Assembly (NCBI GenBank): GCA_003022365.1
Contig: PXOU01000013.1
Coordinates: 1-61,292 of the forward strand
Reading direction: 5' to 3'
DNA from: Candidatus Saccharibacteria bacterium QS_5_54_17
GTDB lineage: Bacteria > Patescibacteriota > Saccharimonadia > QS-5-54-17
DNA length: 61,292 bases
The notes under the pieces are model-generated. The model was not told where the DNA came from, did no database searches, and was given only the letters and a program-made list of their open reading frames with translations. The position numbers were made by a program, and so were the translations under genes. Every line of letters begins with the position of its first letter. Within the stretch, counting starts at the first letter, position 1. Positions 36,135 to 44,075 of this stretch are shown piece after piece.

Positions 36135-36689
36135 ATGGACATCACAGATCTGAAAAAAGGGAGTATCATCCAAGTCAACGGCACGCCCCATCGGGTGGTA
36201 AAGTACGACCACTCCAGCCAAGCACGGGGAAGTGCCGTGGTGCGCACCAAACTGCGCGATATGCGGAATGGCTCCATGCTGGATAAAACCTTCCGGAAAG
36301 GCGACAAGATCGAATCGGCCGACATCGACCCCGTGGAAGCCCAGTTTCTCTACAGTGACGGCGAGCAGGCCTATTTCATGCGGCTGGATACCTATGACCA
36401 GCTGGGCATTGCTCGAGCGGTGTTGGGCGAACAGATCGGTTTTTTGAAGGAAGGCATGGAAATCAAAGTCTTATTGCACCAGGGTAAGCCCCTGAACGTG
36501 GAGCTCCCGACCAAAATCGAGTTGGAAGTCATCTCGGCCGACCCGGGGGTTAAAGGCAATAGCGCCACCAACGTCACCAAGCAGTGCCGGGTGGAAACCG
36601 GCATGGAGGTATCGGTTCCCATGTTCATCGAGTCCGGGGATCGGATCAAGGTCGATACCCGTAGCAATGAGTACGTGGAGCGGGCGTGA
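36135..36689 (+). CDS. efp: Elongation factor P (Arg-type loop)
   Basis: 184 aa with a KOW-like N-domain. The loop reads SSQARGSAVVRTKL, so an Arg sits where Lys34 (E. coli) or Arg32 (Pseudomonas) is found. Confidence 0.9.
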   Translation: MDITDLKKGSIIQVNGTPHRVVKYDHSSQARGSAVVRTKLRDMRNGSMLDKTFRKGDKIESADIDPVEAQFLYSDGEQAYFMRLDTYDQLGIARAVLGEQIGFLKEGMEIKVLLHQGKPLNVELPTKIELEVISADPGVKGNSATNVTKQCRVETGMEVSVPMFIESGDRIKVDTRSNEYVERA

Positions 36690-36756
36690 AATACGCTCAC
36701 GCCCGGCAGGGAGCCGAAGCTTATTATGATATGCTCCTCCCGCATTCGGTTGATGT

Positions 36757-37530
36757 ATGAAACAACGTCTTGACCGGCTATTAGTCGAAAAGGACCTGGC
36801 TCGGTCGCGCCATCAAGCACAGGGGCTGATTATGAGCGGGCAGGTATGGGTGGACGGCGTTCGCCGCGACAAGCCGGGATTTTTCGCCTCACAAACGGCT
36901 GATATACAGGTGGAATCGCCGCCGCAATACGTTTCCCGGGCGGGGGATAAGCTGGCCGCCGCCAATCAGAAATTCGGCCTTGATTTTACCGGCAAAGTAG
37001 TGCTGGACGTCGGCGCATCGACCGGCGGTTTTACCGACTACGCGCTCCAAAACGGGGCGGAGCGGGTCTACGCGGTCGATGTCGGCACCAACCAGCTGCA
37101 TGAGAAACTTGGCGGCCACGAGCGGGTAGTGGTTATGGAAAAAACCGACATACGCCAACTAAATCCGGACCAAAACCAGTCCCAATTCTCGGTTCCGGGT
37201 TTCCCGTCTCAATTTGACTCGCCGGATATGGCCATGGTCGACGTGTCCTTTATAAGTTTACGGCAGGTGCTCCCCGAAGTGGTGGAGGTGTTACAACCGG
37301 GTGCGCCGATTATTGCCATGTGCAAGCCACAGTTCGAGGCCGGCGCGCGCGAGGCCACCAAGCACAAAGGCGTCATCAAGAACGATCGGCTTCGTCGGGA
37401 TATCCTGAAACAGTTCGAAGCCTGGCTCAGCCAGAACGGCCTTTTCGTCCGGGGTAAGGCCGACTCGGAAGTTACCGGGGCCAAGGGCAACCTAGAAAGA
37501 TTCTATCTGCTGGTGAAGGCCCCAAAGTAA
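36757..37530 (+). CDS. tlyA: TlyA family rRNA 2'-O-methyltransferase
   Basis: An S4 domain (RLDRLLVEKDLARSR) followed by an FtsJ-like methyltransferase (VLDVGASTGGFTDYAL). Confidence 0.85.
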   Translation: MKQRLDRLLVEKDLARSRHQAQGLIMSGQVWVDGVRRDKPGFFASQTADIQVESPPQYVSRAGDKLAAANQKFGLDFTGKVVLDVGASTGGFTDYALQNGAERVYAVDVGTNQLHEKLGGHERVVVMEKTDIRQLNPDQNQSQFSVPGFPSQFDSPDMAMVDVSFISLRQVLPEVVEVLQPGAPIIAMCKPQFEAGAREATKHKGVIKNDRLRRDILKQFEAWLSQNGLFVRGKADSEVTGAKGNLERFYLLVKAPK

Positions 37531-37546
37531 AAGCAAAATTCCTAAG

Positions 37547-37587
37547 GGTCTCCCACAGGAAAATTATTAAGAGAGGGGACTTTTTTT
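37547..37587. terminator. Possible bidirectional terminator between convergent genes
   Basis: An imperfect hairpin (GTCTCCC...GGGGAC) is followed by a T7 run at 37581-37587. The stem is weak. Confidence 0.35.
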
Positions 37588-37628
37588 AAGGTGAGTTAAT
37601 TACAACTGATTTAATATTTCTCGCTTTA

Positions 37629-38057
37629 CTATTGCTCGCCATCTGCTCCGTTATCGTAATCAAGTAACAAGTCTTGTTTCATATCATCACGAAGTCCGAT
37701 GTTATCAGCCACTTTGGCGATAATGCCATCAAGTTTACGTGCACCATCTGGATCGTCGTTAACATACTGCTCAATATGCTCAGCAACACTCTCGACATCA
37801 ATATCTCTACCCACAAAGTACACCTCGCGCAATAACTCCATCTCCTCGTCGCTTAACTCCTCGAACGCTTCGGGGTGAAATTCGTACATAGTTAAGGCAA
37901 AGTTGTGTTGCTTTCCCAATGTCTCCAAAGTCTGCTTATTCATATCGTAATCATACTCTTCCATAGTAAAAGATTTGAGCAGTTTATAGTCAGGGGCGGA
38001 CGGGAGTTTAGAGGTTTGGTAATAATATCGAACTGTGGGACAACTCCCGTCCGCCAT
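37629..38057 (-). CDS. Strongly acidic hypothetical protein (142 aa)
   Basis: Asp/Glu-rich throughout (EEYDYDM, SDEEMELL, YVNDDPDG). It sits in a low-GC segment and is the second gene of a two-gene minus-strand unit. Confidence 0.5.
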   Translation of the reverse strand: MADGSCPTVRYYYQTSKLPSAPDYKLLKSFTMEEYDYDMNKQTLETLGKQHNFALTMYEFHPEAFEELSDEEMELLREVYFVGRDIDVESVAEHIEQYVNDDPDGARKLDGIIAKVADNIGLRDDMKQDLLLDYDNGADGEQ

Positions 38058-38082
38058 CCTGAGTGCTCAGGACTTGGTTGTG

Positions 38083-38286
38083 CTACTCCGGTGCGTGATC
38101 CTTGCTGACGGAAACTCCTCCGCCGGACCCCTTGGTGGCGACCCAGCTGTCCGAATGCATGCTTCCGTCCTGGCCGGGGTGGGGGTTGTTGTTGGCCATG
38201 CCTTCGCTAACCATGTGAACCGTGGTACCCGGCTCCTCGTCACGAAGGATCTGTCGCCCTGCCTCACGTGCTTGCTTTCGGTTCAT
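38083..38286 (-). CDS. Small hypothetical protein (67 aa)
   Basis: I take the start at the internal Met (MNRKQAREAGRQ...), which follows AAGGAG. The upstream ORF extension lacks an SD and has atypical composition. Confidence 0.45.
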   Translation of the reverse strand: MNRKQAREAGRQILRDEEPGTTVHMVSEGMANNNPHPGQDGSMHSDSWVATKGSGGGVSVSKDHAPE

Positions 38287-38419
38287 GGCAACTCCTTTGC
38301 CTTGACGGTGCCAAGGCGTAAGCGACGCGAGCGTACACAACCCTATTCGGTTGTAAAGTGCATAGCATCGATAGTCCTCGATGCTACTATTGAGTATAGC
38401 AAAGTTGTGAGTTGGTTTC

Positions 38420-38725
38420 AAAAATTGCTACCAAAAGCGCTACTTGGCGCAAAATTGCAAGGACGTTCCTTGCAAACGACTGTTCCTTGCAAACGACATG
38501 ATCCTGAAATAAATTCAGGATGACAATTCAGGGGTGACACTCCCCTCCGTCATTCCGAATTTAGTTCGGAATCGTTTCTGCAATAGATCCTGAAATAGAT
38601 CCTGAAACAAGTTCAGGATGACGTTTCTTCTTTGTCATTCCGAACTTGTTTCGGAATCGGCTCTGAATTTATTTCAGGAATGATATTCAGTCCGGTTTTT
38701 GTTGCCGGGTTTTGATAATGGACTA
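38420..38725. repeat. Mosaic hairpin-repeat cluster 11
   Basis: Contains a truncated spacer plus TTGCAAGGACGTTCCTTGCAA (38455-38475), ATCCTGAA/TTCAGGAT and ATTCCGAA/TTCGGAAT hairpins. It ends with a TTGTTGCCGGGTTTTGATAAT variant. Confidence 0.85.
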
Positions 38726-38775
38726 TGTGTGGTGTGGATCTTACGCATTTGGGGGTTTTGATTACCCGCCGAAAT

Positions 38776-39891
38776 TCAGGTGTTGAACTTGAACTCGGCC
38801 ACGTCGCCTTCTTGCATGCGGTAGTTCTTGCCTTCGGTGCGGAGAAGCCCGCGGGTGCGGGCGGCGGATTTGGAGCCGGCGTCGATTAGATCTTGCCAGT
38901 TGATGATCTCGGCGGCGATGAAACCACGCTGCATATCGGTGTGAATGGTGCCGGCGGCGTCCGGGGCGGTGGCGCCGGCGGTGATGGTCCAGGCCCGGAC
39001 CTCGGTTTCACCGGCCGTAAAGAAGCTCTGCAATCCCAGTGCCCGGTATCCGGTGCGGGCCAGCTGCACCAAACCTGATTCCGCCTGGCCGTATTCCTCC
39101 AGCAGGGCGCGGGATTCCTCAGCTCCCAGCTCGATTAACTCTGCTTCCAGCTTGGCGCAGATGTACGCGTAGGGTTGACTGCCGGCGACCTCCGCCAGCC
39201 GGGCTTTCTGGTCCTCGTCGGTTATCTCGCTTTCATCCACGTTGAATACATAAATAACCGGCTTGGCCGTCAGCAACTGCCGTACCAGGGTGGCGGTATC
39301 TTGGCTAACTCTGGCTTCCTCGAGATATTCGTCCAGGGATTTTTCCTGGATAACATTCCTGATCAGCCGTTCCCGGTTCAGCGCTGCAAGCAAATCGTCG
39401 AGTAAGGTGATGTCGTTCTGCCACCCCTGCTCAGTCCGGGCGGGTTTCTCCAGCGCCTCCCGCCGCTTCTGGACAGTCGAGATATCGGCTAGGATCAATT
39501 CGGTTTCCACCGTCCGGATGTCCCGCTGGGGGTCGGGCGCTTCGTCCCCGCCCCTGAGTCCCGGGTCCCCGAAGGCGGGGACGACGTGGGCGATAGCCGA
39601 CACCTCCCGGATGTGGCTGAGGAACTGGTTGCCCAGCCCTGCTCCTTGGTTGGCGCCGGCGACCAATCCGGCGATGTCGGTAAAGTGCAGTGTGGCGGGT
39701 TCGATGGGACTGTCGGGGTAGAGTGTGCCCAGTTGCCGCAGCCGATCGTCCGGCACCGATACCACGCCTGCGTTGGGGTCGATGGTGGCGAACGGATAGT
39801 TGGCTGCCAGCGCCGCATTGTCGGTTAAGGCGTTGAACAGCGTTGACTTGCCCACGTTGGGCAGGCCGATGATGCCGATGGAAAGGCTCAT
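38776..39891 (-). CDS. ychF: Ribosome-binding ATPase YchF
   Basis: Contains GIIGLPNVGKSTLFNALT (G1) and DIAGLV (G3), plus a C-terminal TGS-like region ending EGKNYRMQEGDVAEFKFN. Confidence 0.9.
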   Translation of the reverse strand: MSLSIGIIGLPNVGKSTLFNALTDNAALAANYPFATIDPNAGVVSVPDDRLRQLGTLYPDSPIEPATLHFTDIAGLVAGANQGAGLGNQFLSHIREVSAIAHVVPAFGDPGLRGGDEAPDPQRDIRTVETELILADISTVQKRREALEKPARTEQGWQNDITLLDDLLAALNRERLIRNVIQEKSLDEYLEEARVSQDTATLVRQLLTAKPVIYVFNVDESEITDEDQKARLAEVAGSQPYAYICAKLEAELIELGAEESRALLEEYGQAESGLVQLARTGYRALGLQSFFTAGETEVRAWTITAGATAPDAAGTIHTDMQRGFIAAEIINWQDLIDAGSKSAARTRGLLRTEGKNYRMQEGDVAEFKFNT

Positions 39892-40043
39892 AACGTCTTC
39901 TCCTTGGGTGGGTCCTTAGGCACATCCGAAACCCGCGGCCCCGCAAACTCATATGGGTCGATCACATGGGTCGATGCCGATTGATGATAACACACCCCGC
40001 CCATGAGCGACGCGGCGTTGGTGCAACAAAATCAATCCCTGTG

Positions 40044-40406
40044 CTTAATGTGACAGGAACTTATTAAACCATCTTTGTCATTCCGAATTTAGTTCGGAAT
40101 CGTTTGGATCCTGAAACAAGTTCAGGATGACAAGAGAGGAGGATCCTGAAATAAATTCAGGATGACAGGAGCAAGAAGCAGGAAGCAAGAAGCAAGAAGT
40201 AAGTGGAAAAATGCAAAGCCTCTCCGTCATTCCGAACTTGTTTCGGAATCCAATTCTGAAACCGATCCTGAAACTGATCCCGGATCACTTCGACCTTGTC
40301 CGTCCAAGGCGGACAGGCTCAGTGCGGGTGGGGTCATAGCCTGTCCTGAATTCATTTCAGCAGTGACATCTTCAGGGCCTGTCCTGAACTTGTTTCAGCA
40401 GTGACA
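40044..40406. repeat. Mosaic hairpin-repeat cluster 12
   Basis: Start module at 40044, then hairpins and an AAG-rich tract. A reversed CCCGGAT module with an inner hairpin lies at about 40277-40335. Confidence 0.85.
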
Positions 40407-40466
40407 TTTGCGTTGCGGGTTTGGGTTCCGGGATGGTACAGTGGACATTAATCATAAGAGTCATGT

Positions 40467-41285
40467 ATGCAGTCCAGATATTTCGATATTACGAAACTGA
40501 AACAGTACTATAAGGGGTTGTCATCCCGGCAGCAGTGGCTGGTCATCGGCGCCGGTCTTCTGGTGGCCGTGCTGCTTTTGATCGCGTTGGGCAGGTGGTA
40601 CACCCAAATGGCGCTGCCCGACGGCAACAAAGACGAAGAAGCACAACGGATATTCCGGGAAGCGGACCAGCAGTATAGACAAGATGAATACCAACAAGCG
40701 GCCTCGGGATTCGAAGACTACGCCGAACGGACCCAAGGCTATGCCCGTTTCCACGGATTCATCCGGGCGGGCCGGTCGCATGATCGCGCTGGCTCCCATC
40801 AAGCATCCGTCCAAGCCTTCCAGAACGCGTTGGAGGTCCAGGATGTGTCTGCTTCGGAATACCCATTCCAACACGGGAGAGTCCATGATGGTATGTCGCG
40901 GGCCTATCAAGCCAGCGGGGAGGTGGACAAGGCGCTCTCCCATGCCAGGCAACGTCGAGATATTTTCCAGGAACTGGAGCCCGAGGGAGAGCAAGAGCGC
41001 CAGCAAGTCCAGCAAATTCTCGATAGCGGACAAAACCGCATCCAATCCCTCCAGAAGCAGCGATTAAACCAAAAATCCCGGCAGGCCCGGAAGCACGCCG
41101 ACCGGGCGGATGAGTTGATGTCCGGTGAGGACGTGCCCCGGGAGCAGATGCGGAAGGCCGTGGAGAAATACCAACAAGCCGTTACCATCCTGTCCGAGAA
41201 TCCCGACATCCCCAAGGCGCAGCAGCGCCGGCAGAATTACCAGCAGGAAATCGAGGCCATCCGGGAGATATTAGCCGAAGAATAG
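40467..41285 (+). CDS. Hypothetical N-terminally anchored protein with TPR-like/coiled-coil region (272 aa)
   Basis: One TM (WLVIGAGLLVAVLLLIAL) followed by helical repeats rich in Q/E/R. No catalytic motif is seen. Confidence 0.55.
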   Translation: MQSRYFDITKLKQYYKGLSSRQQWLVIGAGLLVAVLLLIALGRWYTQMALPDGNKDEEAQRIFREADQQYRQDEYQQAASGFEDYAERTQGYARFHGFIRAGRSHDRAGSHQASVQAFQNALEVQDVSASEYPFQHGRVHDGMSRAYQASGEVDKALSHARQRRDIFQELEPEGEQERQQVQQILDSGQNRIQSLQKQRLNQKSRQARKHADRADELMSGEDVPREQMRKAVEKYQQAVTILSENPDIPKAQQRRQNYQQEIEAIREILAEE

Positions 41286-41374
41286 TCTTAAGCGAAAAAA
41301 AAGGGGGGGGCGGACCCCGGCGTGTAATCACCTAGGTGATGGCTGCTCGCGGCCGTGAAGCCACATGCCGGGGG

Positions 41375-41950
41375 CTTAGTGTGACAGAAACTTATTGAAC
41401 CCTCTTTGTCACTGCGAACTTGTTTCGGAATCCGGTTCTGAAATAGATCCTGAAACAAGTTCAGGATGACGGGAATAAGAAGCAATAAGTAAGGAGTAAG
41501 AAGTAAGCGGGAGACGTGATACGCAATTGCAAGGACGGTCCTTGCAAAAGGAGGGTCCTCTCTTTTTGTCACTGGGAATTTAGTTCGGAATCTAATTCTG
41601 TAATACAGAAACGATCCCGGATGGGAGTCCGGGATGACAGGAAGAGAGTGTCATTCCGGCCGCCGAGCCGGAATCCATGAAGCCGATATGGTTTGAAACA
41701 GATCCTGAAATAAATTCAGGATGACAATAGGGGAAGATCCTGAAACGGATCCTGAAACAAGCCTGCCTGCCGGCAGGCAGGTTCAGGATGACATCTTCAG
41801 GATGACGGATTTAGGTGTGAGGATTCTGAACCAAGTTCAGAATGACAATAGGGGAAAATCCTGAAATAAATTCAGGAATGACAGGTTCAGGGCCTGTTGC
41901 TTCTCACTCCCTGTCTACTGTCTGCGTGCTGCTGCCGGGAGGCTATCCGG
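41375..41950. repeat. Mosaic hairpin-repeat cluster 13
   Basis: Start module at 41375, a solo TTGCAAGGACGGTCCTTGCAA (41527-41547), and many hairpins. The end module at 41896-41950 abuts the stop codon of the convergent gene. Confidence 0.85.
41527..41547. repeat. Solo 21-bp palindrome (collapsed form of the palindrome-spacer-palindrome module)
   Basis: It has the same flanks (ACGCAA ... AAGGAGGG) as copies at 51621-51702 and 4832-4912. Only one palindrome is present and there is no spacer. Confidence 0.8.
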
Positions 41951-41952
41951 GA

Positions 41953-43545
41953 TTATTGGTCTACCGGGTCCGCGCCGTCTAAGATGAGGTCGATTTTTGT
42001 TGCGACGTCGTGTTGGACATTGCCGATGATGCGGGCTTCCTGCCATGAGGTGTGTTTGTGCTGCTCGACCACGCGCTCCAGCGCGTTTAATAGCTCAGGT
42101 TCCTTGGGGTGGACCAGCTTCAAGGCCGCGTTCTCCTGTTGGGCTTCGATGGGAGCGGCCGCCAGGGCGCCGTAGTAGTTGGTGGAGGGAGCCAGATAGA
42201 TGCTGGCCCGGGCGTCCCGGGCTTGGTTGCCATTTTGCCGGTAATCCTTCTTAGCCACTTCTTCGCTGGTCTCACGGCGATTACGGCCGGCCAGGCGGTC
42301 GGTATTGGCGCCGGCTGCTTGGCCGCTTTGGCGGAGTGCGTGGGAAGACACGACTCCCGTGCCGCCGACCGCGGTCACCTTATCGGTGCCGGCGCGGTTG
42401 GCTTCCATATGCTCCCGAGTGGTGGAGGGTAATTGGCCGGTTTTGGTCAGGACGATCGAGGCCTGTTCTCCGGCCGCGTACCCGCCGGCGGCCATGGCGT
42501 CGGCGAACTTGTAGGCATTGACCAGGAACTGTTTATCGACGGAGGCGCCCGTGTGTTGGCGCAGGTACTTGTCGACCTCCACCGCCGTTTCCAGGCGGGT
42601 GGGTCCGGCTAGCCGGTTAACGGTCTGAACTTGGTTTCGGAGCTGGTCGGCTACTTCTCCAGACAGCGCCGCCTCACCGCCCAACATCAGTACTTCCCGG
42701 GGATTCAGCCGCTGGATTTCCTGGGCAGTGACACTGCTGAGTTGCTGGCTGCCCGTGAAGAGGATGGGCCCGCCGACCACTTTGGCCAGTGGTCCGCCGG
42801 CCAGGGCGTCGGCGAAATCCTGGTCGGTGGCCAGCACTACCTGCTCGGTGTTTTCCGGATCGAAATGCTCTCCGGAGGCCAGCGCGGCCGTTTCGGCCGG
42901 CGTCCGTCCGGCTCGCTGCTCGGTATTGATCGGATACTCCGGTCCGCCCACGTTGTCTTGCCGGCTGTCCCCGGAGGAAGTATTGTTTTCCCCGCTCGAA
43001 CCGTCGCAGTTGGGGTATTCCACCGTTTGGGGTTCGGTCTCGGCCGTGGCACCGTTATCGAACTCGGCTCGGTAGTACAGGGTTTGGTCTCGCTCTTCGA
43101 GGTCATTGTTATTTTCCCAGTCATATCGATCAGTAAACTCAAAGCCCTCTGATACAGTTTGCGTTGTAATAGAGCCATCGTTGCCCTCATCGGGGTTGTG
43201 CTCTTTTATAAAAATAGTCGCGTCGTGGCTAACTTCGTAAGTCGCCTCTAAGAAATCGTTGGTTTTGTAACACACCCCTTCCAGTTCGGCCGTGACAAAG
43301 CCGGGTTCCTGTTGTTGGATCTGGGCGCGCGATCCTTCCTCCCGGGCTTCCGCCCCGGGCGCATTGCCCATCGCCCCGATAGCCCCGGAGGCAGCGACCG
43401 CCGTCGCGGCGCAGACTCGTCCCGCCGCTTTTTCCGTCCGCTCCCGGAGCAGCGTTCTACCCGGTGCGGGTTCAGGGGTGGCAGGGGCATCGGTTGCCGC
43501 TGCCGCGTCTCCCTCTGGGTGACCGCCTGCTTCTTTGCCAGCCAT
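41953..43545 (-). CDS. Secreted protein with three cell-wall-binding repeat 2 (CWB2-like) modules
   Basis: 530 aa. It carries repeated units of the type VVLATDQDFADALAGGPLA..GGPILFT, IVLTKTGQLPSTT and IYLAPSTNYYGALAAAP. The N-terminal domain is distinct. Confidence 0.7.
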   Translation of the reverse strand: MAGKEAGGHPEGDAAAATDAPATPEPAPGRTLLRERTEKAAGRVCAATAVAASGAIGAMGNAPGAEAREEGSRAQIQQQEPGFVTAELEGVCYKTNDFLEATYEVSHDATIFIKEHNPDEGNDGSITTQTVSEGFEFTDRYDWENNNDLEERDQTLYYRAEFDNGATAETEPQTVEYPNCDGSSGENNTSSGDSRQDNVGGPEYPINTEQRAGRTPAETAALASGEHFDPENTEQVVLATDQDFADALAGGPLAKVVGGPILFTGSQQLSSVTAQEIQRLNPREVLMLGGEAALSGEVADQLRNQVQTVNRLAGPTRLETAVEVDKYLRQHTGASVDKQFLVNAYKFADAMAAGGYAAGEQASIVLTKTGQLPSTTREHMEANRAGTDKVTAVGGTGVVSSHALRQSGQAAGANTDRLAGRNRRETSEEVAKKDYRQNGNQARDARASIYLAPSTNYYGALAAAPIEAQQENAALKLVHPKEPELLNALERVVEQHKHTSWQEARIIGNVQHDVATKIDLILDGADPVDQ

Positions 43546-43661
43546 ACATCCTCCTTCTCCTTAAAACTTCTCCTCTCAGCTTAACACATTATGACACATT
43601 ACGTCATTGCATGGCGAGCATAACTGTTTTACACTTGGCTAAAGTCGAGTAACCTCATAGT

Positions 43662-44075
43662 ATGGAAAACCAAGAAGGACGAGAAGGACAAGACAGGCAG
43701 CAGGGTTCAGGTTTCAAGTGGCGGCCGCGATGGATCGTCATAGCCGCGATTGTCGTGGTGATAGCCGTAGCCGGACTGGGTGGATGGTACTGGTACGGGC
43801 AATCCACCGGCCAGAGCCAGGAGCAATCAGAAGCCCAGGAAGAGGCCGAGCAGGGTTCGTTCGGCGGCACCGTGCAAGCCATTGAGGGGGATACGATCCG
43901 GATCAAGAATGCCCAGTTCCAGGAAACCCAGCAGTTCAAGATTACCGACGAGACCCGGGCCATCAATGACGCGGCCGGAGAGATCAGTGACCCGGGCCAG
44001 ATCGAGCAGGGCATGAACGCTAACGTCCAGTACAAGACAGGCGATAACACGGCGATTACCATATGGTTTTATTAG
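43662..44075 (+). CDS. Small N-terminally anchored protein (137 aa), translationally coupled to the giant gene
   Basis: One TM followed by a small beta-rich domain. Its stop overlaps the next gene's ATG region by 13 nt. Confidence 0.55.
   Translation: MENQEGREGQDRQQGSGFKWRPRWIVIAAIVVVIAVAGLGGWYWYGQSTGQSQEQSEAQEEAEQGSFGGTVQAIEGDTIRIKNAQFQETQQFKITDETRAINDAAGEISDPGQIEQGMNANVQYKTGDNTAITIWFY

Noticed and set aside
38700-38725. Promoter call for the TTGTTGCCGGGTTTTGATAAT variant of the end module (also at 31690-31720)
   Set aside because: GATAAT is -10-like, but no -35 sits at proper spacing. At 38.7 kb it would fire antisense into the 3' end of ychF. I treat it as part of the repeat.
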